Shown here one piece after another: positions 61,610 through 64,000 of a stretch of 64,000 nucleotides of DNA. Origin of the DNA: Gnetum montanum (Eukaryota > Plantae > Gnetophyta); assembly GCA_015680685.1 (NCBI GenBank), contig MNCI01000744.1, forward strand, positions 47,783 through 111,782, read 5' to 3'. The position numbers were made by a program, and so were the translations under genes. The notes under the pieces were generated by a model. It was not told the DNA's origin and made no database searches. It saw only the letters and a program-made list of their open reading frames with translations. How positions within the stretch are numbered: the stretch's first letter is position 1; every line of letters begins with the position of its first letter.

Positions 61610-62796
61610 GTTAGCAACGGGGGGAGCCCTCTTTCCGTGCTATTTACGGCCAACGGTTGCACTATGTTCCGCCAGTTGTTGTGGACATTTCATCTGAATT
61701 GGAGGTGTCTCTGCAAGCAGAGGGGAGGAGCTGACACCCAGAGGGGATTTCAAGGGATGAGGGGGTGGATGTACATGGGGAGGAGAAGGGGGATGCCATA
61801 GGGGGTGTGGTGCTTGGTGTTTAGGTACAAGGTGGGGGTCCATCGGCTGTTACGCTAAGAGAGGAGGTAGAGGATCTAGCGCGTGGGGGTGGTTTCCACC
61901 TCTAGGGGGCTCATTTGCTGAGGCGATGGCATGGGGGTAGACTAAAAGGGCAGTTTGAGAGGAGAGGTGGTGGCAGCAAGAGGAAGAGTTTCAGTGGGAG
62001 TGGAAGCTCTAGACTCTGCAATAGGCTGAGGCCATTTGGGCAACCATCAAAGAGGAAAGGGTTTGTCAAGATTTGGCTAAAGCAGTGTTGCAACATGAGC
62101 ACAAGGCAAAGCTCCAAGATAGGATACAATAGGAACTGGAGGAGGAGGCCCAACAACAGGAGACAGAGGAGACCAAGAAGGGGGCTGGAGGCGACCCAGA
62201 TACAACGTTAGCTAGATAGGGCCCACGCTAACAAGGTGAGGTCTTGGTTGAGGCAAGGCAAATGCCCTTATGTCATTTTAGACATTGGCAGAAATGCGTT
62301 GTGGTCAACCTTGCGGCGCCATATCCATAGACAAGGCAAAGAGTTCCACCCTGACAGGAAAAGAAGTGAGGCAGCGAAAGCCTTCAAGAACTTTCAGAAG
62401 GTGGTGACTTTCGTTAATACTAAACCGCACAAAGATGTTCTAGATGCCATTCATGCAAAGGAGTGTGCTATCTGTCCATGTACTAGGCTGTTGTATTGAC
62501 TTTAGGTGTTGCTAAGTTCGACGGAGGGGTGGAATTTTGTTGGCAAAGTAGAATGTATTGGTTTGGGCTGCAGGTTTGGTAGCTATAGGGGCTTCTTTGT
62601 TTGGGGGAGGTCTTGGAGGGGTTCTACCTTCTAGCCTCATCTGCAGGGATGTTTGGTTAGCTTGCTTGGGGTAGGCATCCTCTCTATTTGGGGGAAAGGG
62701 GAGATTCGTCTCCCCTATTTTTTGGGGGTTTGGCTTTGTACATTCTGTATATTGAACTTTGACATAATAAAACCCAAATTTTATCCAAAAAAAAAA
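61610..62796 (+). mobile_element. 5'-truncated LINE: linker, coiled coil, intact HPD J-domain, 3' UTR, poly(A)
   Basis: ORF 62236-62499; poly(A) at 62787-62797. Confidence 0.88.
62236..62499 (+). CDS. LINE-encoded DnaJ/J-domain (uninterrupted copy)
   Basis: WLRQGKCPYVILDIGRNALWSTLRRHIHRQGKEFHPDRKRSEAAKAFKNFQKVVTFVNTKPHKDVLDAIHAKECAICPC; HPD at 62347-62355. Confidence 0.8.
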   Translation: MRSWLRQGKCPYVILDIGRNALWSTLRRHIHRQGKEFHPDRKRSEAAKAFKNFQKVVTFVNTKPHKDVLDAIHAKECAICPCTRLLY

Positions 62797-63177
62797 CATG
62801 AATAAATAAATAATATTTTACTTTGCATTGAAGGAGAACTTAATAGTGACAAAATATACACAACATTCATTAGGCCTTACAAGGCTTGCTCCAATGAGAC
62901 TTCTAGGCTTCCAAGATCCACTATCCTCCCTTACAATAAAGAGAAGATCACTATGTATTTCCAACAAGTTCTTAAATGTTATATAAGAAAAACTAGCTCG
63001 CACATCAACAATGGAGAGTATTACAATACTTAGGTTTGTCCATTATTTATGTCAATGAGAAGGAGAATTATTACCTTACACTAATGGTCTTTGATGAGTG
63101 CTCACATGTGAAAATCAACTAATACTTCCTTTATTTTAAGGCATTCTAAACTTGGCAAATAAAGTCTAAGGATAAGG

Positions 63178-63345
63178 CAAGGACTACCACTAGGAGTGAT
63201 GGTAAGGTGTTTGTTTCTCAAGTCATAAAACTTAGGTTCAAGCTCATGTAGAGTCACTCAAAAGAGGTTACACTTTCATTCATCCACCACCCTCCCAGGA
63301 CCCTACCTTGGCAAGATGAACATTAAGCATTTGGGTAATGATCTT
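63178..63345 (+). mobile_element. tRNA-like SINE remnant
   Basis: TGGTAAGG A-box-like, GGTTCAAGCT B-box-like; homologous to 8985-9150. Confidence 0.5.
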
Positions 63346-63679
63346 TAAAGTCTAAGGGTACAGCCTAAATTTTTGGCAATCAAATCTAAGTATAGAAAAA
63401 ACCAGGACTAAAATGTGGGGATTGCACAATGTTTCCCTTCAGCCCAAGGCATTTTTAGTTTTTGGAATATCTTTAATTTAAAAGGCAAAATCATGGGAAA
63501 TAAATTACTAGCCTTGGATAGAAGGATGAGAGCTATTCCTTAAAAATGATCACCAAAACATAAAATACCAAGCGCACATGACCCAAAGAAAATGCTAACT
63601 CGTAAGCCTGACACATGCATGTCAAAAAAAAAAATAGATCTATGACTTATGAAAGACCCCATACGAAAAATTCAAGGTC

Positions 63680-63950
63680 GGCGGACACAGGCTGTGGAAC
63701 AGACGCTGGAGCTGACGCTGGAGCAGACGCTGGAGCCGACGCTGAAGATCAATGGAGCAGACGCTGGAGCCGACGCTGGAGCAGACGCTAGAGCCGACGC
63801 TGGAGCAGACGCAGACCGTGGAGCAGACGCTGGAGCAGACGCAGACCATGGAGCGGACACAGACTGTGGAACAGACACAGACCGTGGCGCGGACACAGGC
63901 TGTGGAACAGACACAAACCGTGGAGCAGACGCCGACGCCGACGCAGCCGG
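63680..63950. repeat. GC/CpG-rich minisatellite of 12- and 18-bp units
   Basis: GACGCTGGAGCA/GCC and GTGGAGCAGACGCAGACC-type units. Confidence 0.85.
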
Positions 63951-64000
63951 CGACAAAAGACCCGCAACAACCGCCGCGGGCGGACAGCCCGCTTGGCCAA

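Noticed and set aside
62236-62499. Stand-alone host DnaJ gene or processed pseudogene
   Set aside because: No introns or own start codon; it always sits in the same LINE context with the family 3' UTR and tail, and is linked to RT in longer copies.
63680-63950. CRISPR-like array
   Set aside because: Eukaryotic context, degenerate tandem units with no unique spacers, and no cas genes.

Overview
Eukaryotic (vascular/seed plant-like) genomic DNA with assembly gaps. One host gene runs through the window on the minus strand: 11 internal exons (60130 to 1533; 792 nt, 264 codons, all phases compatible) of a WD40/transducin-repeat protein. Its introns reach 16.7 kb and the best-fitting donors of two of them are GC-AG. 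The introns are packed with retroelements: about 20 full-length or truncated copies of an L1-clade LINE family, a decayed Ty3/gypsy element, copia-type remnants including a solo LTR, and tRNA-like SINEs. The main result concerns the LINE family. After the usual APE-RT-zf-RVT domains, ORF2 does not continue into the RNase H found in many plant L1s. It instead continues in frame into a ~500-aa extension: a plant-mobile/plant-transposon-protein-like domain, a linker, an E/Q/R-rich coiled coil and a C-terminal DnaJ (J) domain with an HPD motif and a CxC tail. About 12 J-domain or J-tail copies are visible, most of them 5'-truncated and poly(A)-tailed. All domain calls come from reading motifs by eye; no database search was run.
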